Below are positions 57,388-64,000 of a DNA stretch of 64,000 nucleotides, in pieces. A program made the translations under genes and the position numbers. The notes under the pieces were generated by a model. The model did not search any database. It was not told the DNA's origin and worked only from the letters and a program-made list of their open reading frames with translations. The DNA is from an uncultured Pseudomonadales bacterium (GTDB lineage: Bacteria; Patescibacteriota; Microgenomatia; UBA1400; CG1-02-47-37). The stretch covers positions 25,893-89,892 of the forward strand of contig CAZVYS010000001.1 in assembly GCA_964630755.1 (NCBI GenBank), read 5' to 3'. How positions within the stretch are numbered: the first letter of the stretch is position 1; each line of letters opens with the position of its first letter.

Positions 57388-57894
57388 TTATTTTTTAGCT
57401 GGCTTGTCTCTTTTGGCAGGAGTTTTTTTGACTGGTTTTTTAGTTGGTGGTAGAGCCACTTTTCCGCCGGCTTTTTTTATTTTAGCTGCTGCTGATTTAC
57501 TGGTAGGCAAAGCTACTTTAACAGGATGTTTTAGTTCGCCGTCACCTAAGATTTTAACCGGGTGATTTTCTGCTTCTTTGGGAAGCAAGTTGTGTTTAAT
57601 TAAAATTTTATGATCAACTGTAGAGTTTTTAGGAAGCAGATTTAAGTGCTTTAGATTTAAGATAATCGGTTTAGCTTTATAAGATTTATTTTTTAATTTT
57701 CCTCTTAGCATTGGCATTCTTCTAATTAAAGATTTACGCATTGGAGTTCCTTCAAAATAAAGTTTAACTTTGCTTCTAGCTTTTTGCCCTTTTGCCCCTC
57801 GACCACTTGTGTGACCACCTTTGCCTGAACTATATCCACGACCAACTCGTTTTTTTGACTTGGTAGTTGTTTTTGTTTGTTTTGATAAAACCAT
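57388..57894 (-). CDS. rplO: 50S ribosomal protein L15
   Basis: RVGRG..SGKG, KGQKAR, FEG, KILG.G. Confidence 0.95.
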   Translation of the reverse strand: MVLSKQTKTTTKSKKRVGRGYSSGKGGHTSGRGAKGQKARSKVKLYFEGTPMRKSLIRRMPMLRGKLKNKSYKAKPIILNLKHLNLLPKNSTVDHKILIKHNLLPKEAENHPVKILGDGELKHPVKVALPTSKSAAAKIKKAGGKVALPPTKKPVKKTPAKRDKPAKK

Positions 57895-57902
57895 AACTCT
57901 CC

Positions 57903-58364
57903 TTAATCTGATTTAAGTTGTTTTAAAGCTCTGATAGTACAGTATACGTTTGAAGCTTGATTTTTGGTACCCAATACCTTACTTGAGACATCTTTTATTC
58001 CAGCGGCTTCCATCACGGCTCGAACAGCTCCACCGGCAATCACTCCAGATCCAACTGGAGCTGGCTTTAGTAAAACTTTGGCTGCACCAAACTTTACTTT
58101 GATATCGTGAGGAATAGTTGTGTTTTTCATGGGAACGCGAAACATGTTTTTTTTAGCTCTTCTAACACCTTTTTTAATAGAAGATAAAACATCTGGTGCT
58201 TTTCCTAAACCAACACCAACTTTGCCTTTCTTGTCCCCAACTACCATTAAGACAGAAAAGCCAATCTGATTGCCACCTTTGGTTTTTTTACTAACCCGAT
58301 TAACCTGAATGACTTTTTCATCAAATTCTTTTTCTCTTCGCGGATCTCTTGATCTATTATTCAT
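57903..58364 (-). CDS. rpsE: 30S ribosomal protein S5
   Basis: RVSKKTKGG, VVGD, GVIAGG. Confidence 0.97.
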   Translation of the reverse strand: MNNRSRDPRREKEFDEKVIQVNRVSKKTKGGNQIGFSVLMVVGDKKGKVGVGLGKAPDVLSSIKKGVRRAKKNMFRVPMKNTTIPHDIKVKFGAAKVLLKPAPVGSGVIAGGAVRAVMEAAGIKDVSSKVLGTKNQASNVYCTIRALKQLKSD

Positions 58365-58365
58365 A

Positions 58366-58716
58366 TTAAAACTTTAGGCCTACCTTTCTTGAGGCTTCGG
58401 CCAAAGCTTTAACTCGGCCATGATATTTATAAGGTCCACGATCAAAAACAACTTTGGTGATTTTTTTGAGCTTGGCGGCTTTAGCTATGTTTTCACCAAC
58501 CAATTTTGCAGTATCAAGTTTATTCTTGCCTTTAGTCTTTAATTTAAGACTAGAAAATGATGCCAAGGTAATTTGCTTTTGATCGTTGATTATTTGGGCA
58601 GAGATTTGTTTTGTAGATCGATACACAGATAATCTAGGTCGCTCTGATGTGCCTTTGATGACTGAGCGAACTCTAGCTTTTCTTTTGGCTGACTTTGATG
58701 AGTATTGATTAATCAT
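58366..58716 (-). CDS. rplR: 50S ribosomal protein L18
   Basis: [21 protein letters not shown]. Confidence 0.97.
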   Translation of the reverse strand: MINQYSSKSAKRKARVRSVIKGTSERPRLSVYRSTKQISAQIINDQKQITLASFSSLKLKTKGKNKLDTAKLVGENIAKAAKLKKITKVVFDRGPYKYHGRVKALAEASRKVGLKF

Positions 58717-58717
58717 A

Positions 58718-59269
58718 CTAAGCTCCTTCGGCAGCTTTGGCAGCCTTTCCTGGTTTAAGCTTCACTTCTTCGCCTTGATATCTGACTCCTTTACCTTTGT
58801 AAGAATCTGGTGGCTTAGATTGTCTGATTTTCGCAGCAACTTCTCCAACTAATTGTTTGTCTACTCCAGAAATAACAATGGTTGTTTGGTTGGTGACTTC
58901 AAGCTTAATTCCTTCAGGCGGATCAAAAACAACAGGGTGAGAAAATCCTAAAGTCATTTCGATTCCCTGGCCTTTTGCAGAAACTCTGAAACCAGTGCCG
59001 TGTAGTTCTAGGGTTTTTTGATAGCCTTGAGTTACTCCTATGATCATGTTTTGAATTAAACTTCTTATTAAGCCATGGAAAGCTTTTGTTTGACGTTGGT
59101 TATCAGTAACAGTAACAAATACCTGGCTATCTTTTACTTCTAACTTCAGACCTTTTGGTATATCTTGAGATAATTGTTGATTGTCTTTTTTAACAATTAT
59201 CTTATTGTCAGTCTTGGTAACTGTAACATTATCTGGAATAGTGATCGGTTTTTTTCCAATTCTAGACAT
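58718..59269 (-). CDS. rplF: 50S ribosomal protein L6
   Basis: MSRIGK, LGFSH, YKGKG. Confidence 0.97.
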   Translation of the reverse strand: MSRIGKKPITIPDNVTVTKTDNKIIVKKDNQQLSQDIPKGLKLEVKDSQVFVTVTDNQRQTKAFHGLIRSLIQNMIIGVTQGYQKTLELHGTGFRVSAKGQGIEMTLGFSHPVVFDPPEGIKLEVTNQTTIVISGVDKQLVGEVAAKIRQSKPPDSYKGKGVRYQGEEVKLKPGKAAKAAEGA

Positions 59270-59270
59270 A

Positions 59271-59663
59271 TTAGGTTATTTTTAGGATTAGTTCTCCGCC
59301 TAATTTTTGATTAAAAGCGTCTTTGCCTGTCATTAAGCCTTTGGAGGTCGATAAAATTAAAATCCCTCGACCACGCATTAGTTTTGGGAGTTGATTTAGA
59401 TTAGCATAAACTCTGACACCAGGTTTACTGATTCTATCAATGGTAGTGATAGCAGGAACATTTTTTTTATATTTTAAAGCAATTTCTAAGATAAAATGTG
59501 GCTTTTTGCCTGTTTTTTGATAATCTTTTAAGTAGTTGTTTTTAATGATTAACTTAACAATGGCCTCTTTGGTAACTGAATAAGGAACAGAAACATTTTT
59601 ATGCTTGGCGGCGATTGCGTTACGGATTCTGGTAAGTAAATCTGCGATAGGATCAGTAGTCAT
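59271..59663 (-). CDS. rpsH: 30S ribosomal protein S8
   Basis: DPIADLLTRIRN, SKPG.R.Y, STSKG, GGE. Confidence 0.97.
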   Translation of the reverse strand: MTTDPIADLLTRIRNAIAAKHKNVSVPYSVTKEAIVKLIIKNNYLKDYQKTGKKPHFILEIALKYKKNVPAITTIDRISKPGVRVYANLNQLPKLMRGRGILILSTSKGLMTGKDAFNQKLGGELILKIT

Positions 59664-59670
59664 AATAAAC

Positions 59671-59856
59671 TCACCAGCTTGCCTTGGTGACTCCAGGTAA
59701 TTCGCCCTTATGAGCTAATTTTCTAAAACACATACGACATAAGCCAAAATGCCTCATATATGATCGAGGTCGACCACACAATTGGCAACGATTTTTTATT
59801 CTAGATGAAAATTTAGGTTTTCTCAATTTTCTTGCAAAATATTTTACTTTAGCCAT
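59671..59856 (-). CDS. rpsN: 30S ribosomal protein S14, zinc-binding type Z
   Basis: [18 protein letters not shown]. Confidence 0.96.
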   Translation of the reverse strand: MAKVKYFARKLRKPKFSSRIKNRCQLCGRPRSYMRHFGLCRMCFRKLAHKGELPGVTKASW

Positions 59857-59866
59857 ATTGTAAGGT

Positions 59867-59915
59867 AAAGGTTACGAACATTACGGGAAGTTACGTAACC
59901 TTTCGTTATTTTTAG
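59867..59915 (-). repeat. Family-B hairpin element at the rplE 3' end
   Basis: Minus strand CTAAAAATAACGAAAGGTTACGTAACTTCCCGTAATGTTCGTAACCTTT. Confidence 0.75.
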
Positions 59916-60447
59916 TAAACGGCATGCCTAATAACTCAAGTAGCCTTAAAGCTTTCTGGTTATTACTAGTATTAGTAACAATAGTAACTTCAAGACCACG
60001 AACAGCGTCGATTGTATCATAATCAACCTCATGAAAGACAATTTGTTCTTTAAATCCGATTGAATAATTACCACGACCGTCAAAAGAGTTTTTTGAAATC
60101 CCTTGAAAATCTCGAACACGAGGAAAAACAATAGAGATAAGTTTATCTAAAAAAGCATACATTCGCTCGCCTCTTAAAGTGGCTTTGGCACCAATGGGGT
60201 CATTTTTCCGAGTTTTAAAAGCGGCTTCAGCAATTCTGGCTTTAGTGATAACGGCTTTTTGACCGGCAATTAAACTTAGCCAATCGCTTACTTTTTTAGC
60301 TACTCCTTTGTCGCCAGCGCCATCTTTAAGACCTAAGTTGATAACAATTTTCGTAATTCTAGGCACGGCTAGAGCTTGCTTTACATTTAATTCTTTTTTT
60401 AAAGCTGGAATGATTTCTTTTTGGTATTTTTGTTTTAGTCTGTTCAT
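59881..60447 (-). CDS. rplE: 50S ribosomal protein L5
   Basis: KIVIN.G, TLRG, PRVRDF.G, FDGRGNY, GMPF. Confidence 0.97.
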   Translation of the reverse strand: MNRLKQKYQKEIIPALKKELNVKQALAVPRITKIVINLGLKDGAGDKGVAKKVSDWLSLIAGQKAVITKARIAEAAFKTRKNDPIGAKATLRGERMYAFLDKLISIVFPRVRDFQGISKNSFDGRGNYSIGFKEQIVFHEVDYDTIDAVRGLEVTIVTNTSNNQKALRLLELLGMPFTKNNERLRNFP

Positions 60448-60455
60448 AGATATGG

Positions 60456-60791
60456 TTATTTCTTCTTCTTTGTACTAGCTGAAGTGTCGATTGGTTTTTG
60501 ACATTTTTTGCAGATTCTAACCTTTTTCTTGGCTTGACCCTCAAATCCAATGCGAGTAGGCTCCTTACATTGAGGGCAGACTAAGGAAACTTTACTGATG
60601 TTTAAGGGTTTGGTGATATCAATAATGCCGCCGGGTTTATTTTGATCCTGGGCTTTAACATGCTTTTTGTACTGATTAACGCCAGCAACAATGACAGAGT
60701 TTGATTTTGGGATTATTTTTTCGATTTTGCCAGTTCGACCTCGATCTTTACCAGTGATTACTTTGATAGTGTCATTAACTCTAAGCTTCAT
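60456..60791 (-). CDS. rplX: 50S ribosomal protein L24
   Basis: VITGKDRG..G KOW, KKHVK. Confidence 0.95.
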   Translation of the reverse strand: MKLRVNDTIKVITGKDRGRTGKIEKIIPKSNSVIVAGVNQYKKHVKAQDQNKPGGIIDITKPLNISKVSLVCPQCKEPTRIGFEGQAKKKVRICKKCQKPIDTSASTKKKK

Positions 60792-60794
60792 AAA

Positions 60795-61169
60795 TTATAG
60801 TACCTCCGGAGCCTGAGAGGCCAAAGCATTATATCCCAAGGCTTTAATTTCTCTAGCAATGGGGCCAAAAACACGAGTGCCTTTTGGCTCTTTGTTTTTA
60901 ACGTTTTCTAGAATGACTGCGGCATTGTCGTCGAAGCGAACATATGAGCCGTCTTTTCTACGATGTTCTTTTCTCGTTCTAACAATAACAGCCTTAACCA
61001 TCTCGCCTGATTTTACTGCAGCGTGAGGGTTGCTTTGAATAACTGAAGCGGTGACTAGATCACCAATACGACCAAAGCGTCGTTTAGAACCACCATGGAC
61101 TAATATAACTCGAAGCTTCTTGCCTCCAGAGTTATCAGCGACCTTGAGTGTTGATCTTAGTTGAATCAT
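60795..61169 (-). CDS. rplN: 50S ribosomal protein L14
   Basis: VADNSG, RFDDNAAV, GTRVFGP. Confidence 0.98.
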   Translation of the reverse strand: MIQLRSTLKVADNSGGKKLRVILVHGGSKRRFGRIGDLVTASVIQSNPHAAVKSGEMVKAVIVRTRKEHRRKDGSYVRFDDNAAVILENVKNKEPKGTRVFGPIAREIKALGYNALASQAPEVL

Positions 61170-61390
61170 TTACCCACGACCTCCCAGCGTTTTTTCTTAC
61201 TGACTGGCTTGCATTCTTGAATAATTACTTTGTCACCTGCTTCGAGCTTTATTTTAGGATTATGGCATAAATAATTTTTTCTTTTAGTAATAGTTTTTTT
61301 ATACATTGGATGAGTCCAGCGACGGACTACTTGCACTTTGGCAGTTTTGTTCATTTTGGTGTTTATAACTACACCGGTTAGTTGTTTCAT
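61166..61390 (-). CDS. rpsQ: 30S ribosomal protein S17
   Basis: KMNKT, HPMYKK, PVSKKK. Confidence 0.95.
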   Translation of the reverse strand: MKQLTGVVINTKMNKTAKVQVVRRWTHPMYKKTITKRKNYLCHNPKIKLEAGDKVIIQECKPVSKKKRWEVVGK

Positions 61391-61398
61391 AATATCCT

Positions 61399-61596
61399 TT
61401 AAGGTTTAGCCTTGCTTATCAAAGTCTTAATAAGAGCAATCTTGTAACGAGCTTTTTTAAGTTTACTAGTATCTTTAAGTTTATTGACTTTTAAGTCTAG
61501 TCTTAGCTTATTTTGATCTAAAATAGCTTGAGCTAGATCTTTTTTTAACTCAGTGGTGGATTTTCCTATTAGGATTTTTTTATCTTTTAATTTCAT
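61399..61596 (-). CDS. rpmC: 50S ribosomal protein L29
   Basis: Position between rplP and rpsQ; IA.IKT. Confidence 0.85.
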   Translation of the reverse strand: MKLKDKKILIGKSTTELKKDLAQAILDQNKLRLDLKVNKLKDTSKLKKARYKIALIKTLISKAKP

Positions 61597-61598
61597 AG

Positions 61599-62006
61599 TT
61601 AACGTCTTTTTGAAAATTTAACTTTAAAGCCAAATTTTTGACCGGCTCGACGAAAAGCCTCTTTAGCTATATCTTTTTGGACTCCTGCTAGTTCAAAAAT
61701 GACTCGACCGGGTTTAACCACACAAACATAGCCTTCGACTTCGCCTTTGCCCCCTCCCATTCGGACACCGGCTCCTTTTTTGGTATAAGTTTTGTCTGGG
61801 AAAACCCTGATCCAGAGCTTACCAGTTCTTTTGGTGTAATGGGTAATGGCTTTTCTGGCAGCTTCGATTTGACGAGCTGATAACCAACCACGGCCAACGG
61901 CCTTAAGGCCAAAATCTCCAAAAGAAACTTTTGAACCAGCGGTGGCTATACCCCTCATAGTGCCTCTAAAATGCTTTCTATATTTTTGACGTTTTGGTTG
62001 CAACAT
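61599..62006 (-). CDS. rplP: 50S ribosomal protein L16
   Basis: MLQPKR, RQIEAAR, RMGGGKG. Confidence 0.98.
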   Translation of the reverse strand: MLQPKRQKYRKHFRGTMRGIATAGSKVSFGDFGLKAVGRGWLSARQIEAARKAITHYTKRTGKLWIRVFPDKTYTKKGAGVRMGGGKGEVEGYVCVVKPGRVIFELAGVQKDIAKEAFRRAGQKFGFKVKFSKRR

Positions 62007-62007
62007 A

Positions 62008-62664
62008 TTACTTTAATTCTTTTTCTCCTTTGTAAATCCAGATTTTAATACCAACGTAGCCAAATTTAGTTAAAGCTGGTGACTCAAAATAATCTATATC
62101 TGATCTGATGGTGCTTAAAGGAACACTGCCCTTTGAGTATTTTTCGGTTCTTGAGATTTCAGCTCCGTTAATGCGGCCGGCAAGAACAATCTTAACTCCT
62201 TTGGCGCCAGCGTTCATAATTCTTTCTAGTGCTTGACTGACTGCTCGACGATGAGGATAACGCTTGATTAGCTGGTCAGCGATTCTAAGGCCAACCAACC
62301 TAGCTGAAAGGTCAGGTTTTTTTACTTCGACTACGCTTAGTTCAAATTTTGGTGGTTTTCCAGACTTAGGATCTTTAACTAGTTTTTGACTAATAAGTTT
62401 TTTTAGCTCTTCTAATCCAGAACCGCCTCGACCAATGACCACACCTGGTCTGGAGACATGTAAAGTAATGGTAATATTATTGATTGATCGATCTATTTGA
62501 ACTTGAGTAATACCGGCTAGTTGTAACTTATCAAATAAAAATTCTCGAAGCTTAATGTCTTCTAGCAACAAGTGTTTGTAATCCTGAGAGTTAGCAAACC
62601 AGTTGCTTGACCAGGAATACAAGCTGCCGATACGAAATCCTTTTGGATTAACTTTTTGTCCCAT
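62008..62664 (-). CDS. rpsC: 30S ribosomal protein S3
   Basis: [29 protein letters not shown]. Confidence 0.97.
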   Translation of the reverse strand: MGQKVNPKGFRIGSLYSWSSNWFANSQDYKHLLLEDIKLREFLFDKLQLAGITQVQIDRSINNITITLHVSRPGVVIGRGGSGLEELKKLISQKLVKDPKSGKPPKFELSVVEVKKPDLSARLVGLRIADQLIKRYPHRRAVSQALERIMNAGAKGVKIVLAGRINGAEISRTEKYSKGSVPLSTIRSDIDYFESPALTKFGYVGIKIWIYKGEKELK

Positions 62665-62665
62665 A

Positions 62666-63127
62666 TTAAGTTTTGTTAAGATTACGAACTTTTTTGGGAG
62701 TTCGCAACCTTGCGTTATTTTTAGTTTTCTTGATTGGTTTTTTTGATGTAGTTTTTGTTGATTTTGGTTTTTTAGTTTTCGGTTTTTTAGCAAGCTTAGA
62801 CTTTAAAATGATTTTAATATGGCTGGTTCGTTTTAAAATAGAGTGAGCTCGACCGCGAGAAACTGGCCTAAAACGCTTATAAGTAGCGCCTTCGTTAACT
62901 TCAATTGATTGAATTAGAAGCGAATCTTTTGATAAATTGTGATTATTGACTGCATTAGCTTGAGCTTGCTTTAGGGTTTTAAGCATTGCAGTAGCGGCTC
63001 GCTTTCTAAGATGAGTTAGGGTAATAATGGCTTCTGGAACAGACATTTGGCGGACTAAATCGGCCACCAGTCTAATTTTCCTGGGGCTAGTGCGGATGTA
63101 TTTTCGCTCAGCTTTAATTTGTTTCAT
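62666..63127 (-). CDS. rplV: 50S ribosomal protein L22 with Lys-rich, repeat-derived C-terminal tail
   Basis: SPRKIRLV, ANA, RGRA, TSHI. Confidence 0.96.
   Translation of the reverse strand: MKQIKAERKYIRTSPRKIRLVADLVRQMSVPEAIITLTHLRKRAATAMLKTLKQAQANAVNNHNLSKDSLLIQSIEVNEGATYKRFRPVSRGRAHSILKRTSHIKIILKSKLAKKPKTKKPKSTKTTSKKPIKKTKNNARLRTPKKVRNLNKT
62678..62724 (-). repeat. Family-B hairpin element at the rplV 3' end
   Basis: Minus strand CTAAAAATAACGCAAGGTTGCGAACTCCCAAAAAAGTTCGTAATCTT. Confidence 0.75.
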
Positions 63128-63141
63128 ATTAGATTGAGCAG

Positions 63142-63160
63142 GTCCGACGTCACGTCGGAC
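63142..63160. repeat. Family-C palindrome between rpsS and rplV
   Basis: Perfect GTCCGACGT-C-ACGTCGGAC. Confidence 0.7.
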
Positions 63161-63174
63161 AACTGCCGCTATAT

Positions 63175-63459
63175 TTAGGTTTTTGTAATTGTCCTTTTAA
63201 CCATTTTGCCATGTCCTTTAAAGGTTCTAGTTGGAGCAAATTCTCCTAAGCGATGCCCAACCATGGCTTCGTTAACAAAAACCTCGATAAATTTTTTGCC
63301 ATTATGAACTTCAAAGGTGTGACCAACAAACTCAGGAGCAATTTGGCTAGCTCTTGACCAAGTTTTGATTGGTTGTTTTTTACCAGTGACTTTAAGTTTG
63401 TCGATTTTCTTTAACAATCTTTCGTCAACAAATGGTCCTTTTTTACTACTTCTACTCAT
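63175..63459 (-). CDS. rpsS: 30S ribosomal protein S19
   Basis: [20 protein letters not shown]. Confidence 0.98.
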   Translation of the reverse strand: MSRSSKKGPFVDERLLKKIDKLKVTGKKQPIKTWSRASQIAPEFVGHTFEVHNGKKFIEVFVNEAMVGHRLGEFAPTRTFKGHGKMVKRTITKT

Positions 63460-63460
63460 A

Positions 63461-64000
63461 TTATTTCTTTCTTCTATCCTTGAGGATAAATTTAGTAGAA
63501 TATTTTTTTGGTTTTCTGGTCTTTTTACCCAAGGTTTTTTTACCCCAAGGGCTTAAAGGAGAAGGCATGCCAATTCCAGATCGACCTTCACCACCACCGT
63601 GGGGGTGAGCACCTGGATGCTGTGCAACGCCTCGAACAGACGGCCTGAAGCCTAAATGACGCTTTCGGCCGGCTTTACCAAGCTTGATGTTTTTGACATC
63701 TGGGTTGCCGACCTCGCCAATGGTAGCATAACACTCTAGAGAAACCAAACGGATTTCATTAGAAGGTAGTTTAACAGTGGCTTTTTTTTCTTTGGCCTGA
63801 AGAATGGCGGCAGTACCAGCACTGCGCACCAACTGTCCACCTTTACCAGGAGTAAGCTCGAGATTGTGAATCAAGCTACCTACAGGAATAGATTTTAATG
63901 GAAGGGCGTTTCCTGGTTTGATAGGAGCTTTACTTGAAGCCAAAATTGGTTGATTTAATTTTAAACCTTTTGGAGCCAATATGTATCTTTTATCTCCATC
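63461..64000 (-). CDS. rplB: 50S ribosomal protein L2 (3' part, truncated by window edge)
   Basis: [22 protein letters not shown]. Confidence 0.97.
   Translation of the reverse strand, partial: DGDKRYILAPKGLKLNQPILASSKAPIKPGNALPLKSIPVGSLIHNLELTPGKGGQLVRSAGTAAILQAKEKKATVKLPSNEIRLVSLECYATIGEVGNPDVKNIKLGKAGRKRHLGFRPSVRGVAQHPGAHPHGGGEGRSGIGMPSPLSPWGKKTLGKKTRKPKKYSTKFILKDRRKK

Noticed and set aside
59867-62724. Family-B hairpins as a dedicated S3/S14 autoregulatory site
   Set aside because: A clear third copy lies in an unrelated ABC transporter operon (39477), favouring a general dispersed element
1566-63556. Numerous 60-135 aa ORFs antisense to or nested within identified genes (e.g. 3549, 21949, 24050, 24554)
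   Set aside because: Shadow frames of well-supported genes with no recognisable motifs

Overview
AT-rich bacterial chromosome segment, mostly housekeeping, with a profile typical of Patescibacteria/CPR, probably Microgenomates (inference): no rpmD between rpsE and rplO, short AspRS, PUA-less TruB, TGA used as stop. It holds the S10-spc-alpha ribosomal protein cluster (50.1-64 kb), recA-recX-rny-hup, secDF, gltX, aspS, thyA-folA, tRNA-modification genes (thiI, truB, miaA, miaB, dus, cca), tRNA-Gln(CTG), tRNA-Pro(GGG), RNase P RNA and a HigBA-like toxin-antitoxin pair. Unusual items read from the sequence: (1) a DUF3800 RNase-H-fold gene whose 3' end is overlapped by an antisense ~36-nt hairpin RNA with its own TTGACA/TATAAT promoter and U-tract; (2) three families of short dispersed palindromes that sit in-frame inside conserved genes, at the 3' ends of ribosomal protein genes, and within helices of RNase P RNA; (3) an AspRS fused to a C-terminal YbaK/ProX-type editing domain; (4) a leaderless 33-aa leader peptide with terminator/antiterminator upstream of a small PG(D/N)-repeat protein; (5) widespread apparent leaderless transcription. 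All calls come from motif recognition by eye; no database searches were run.
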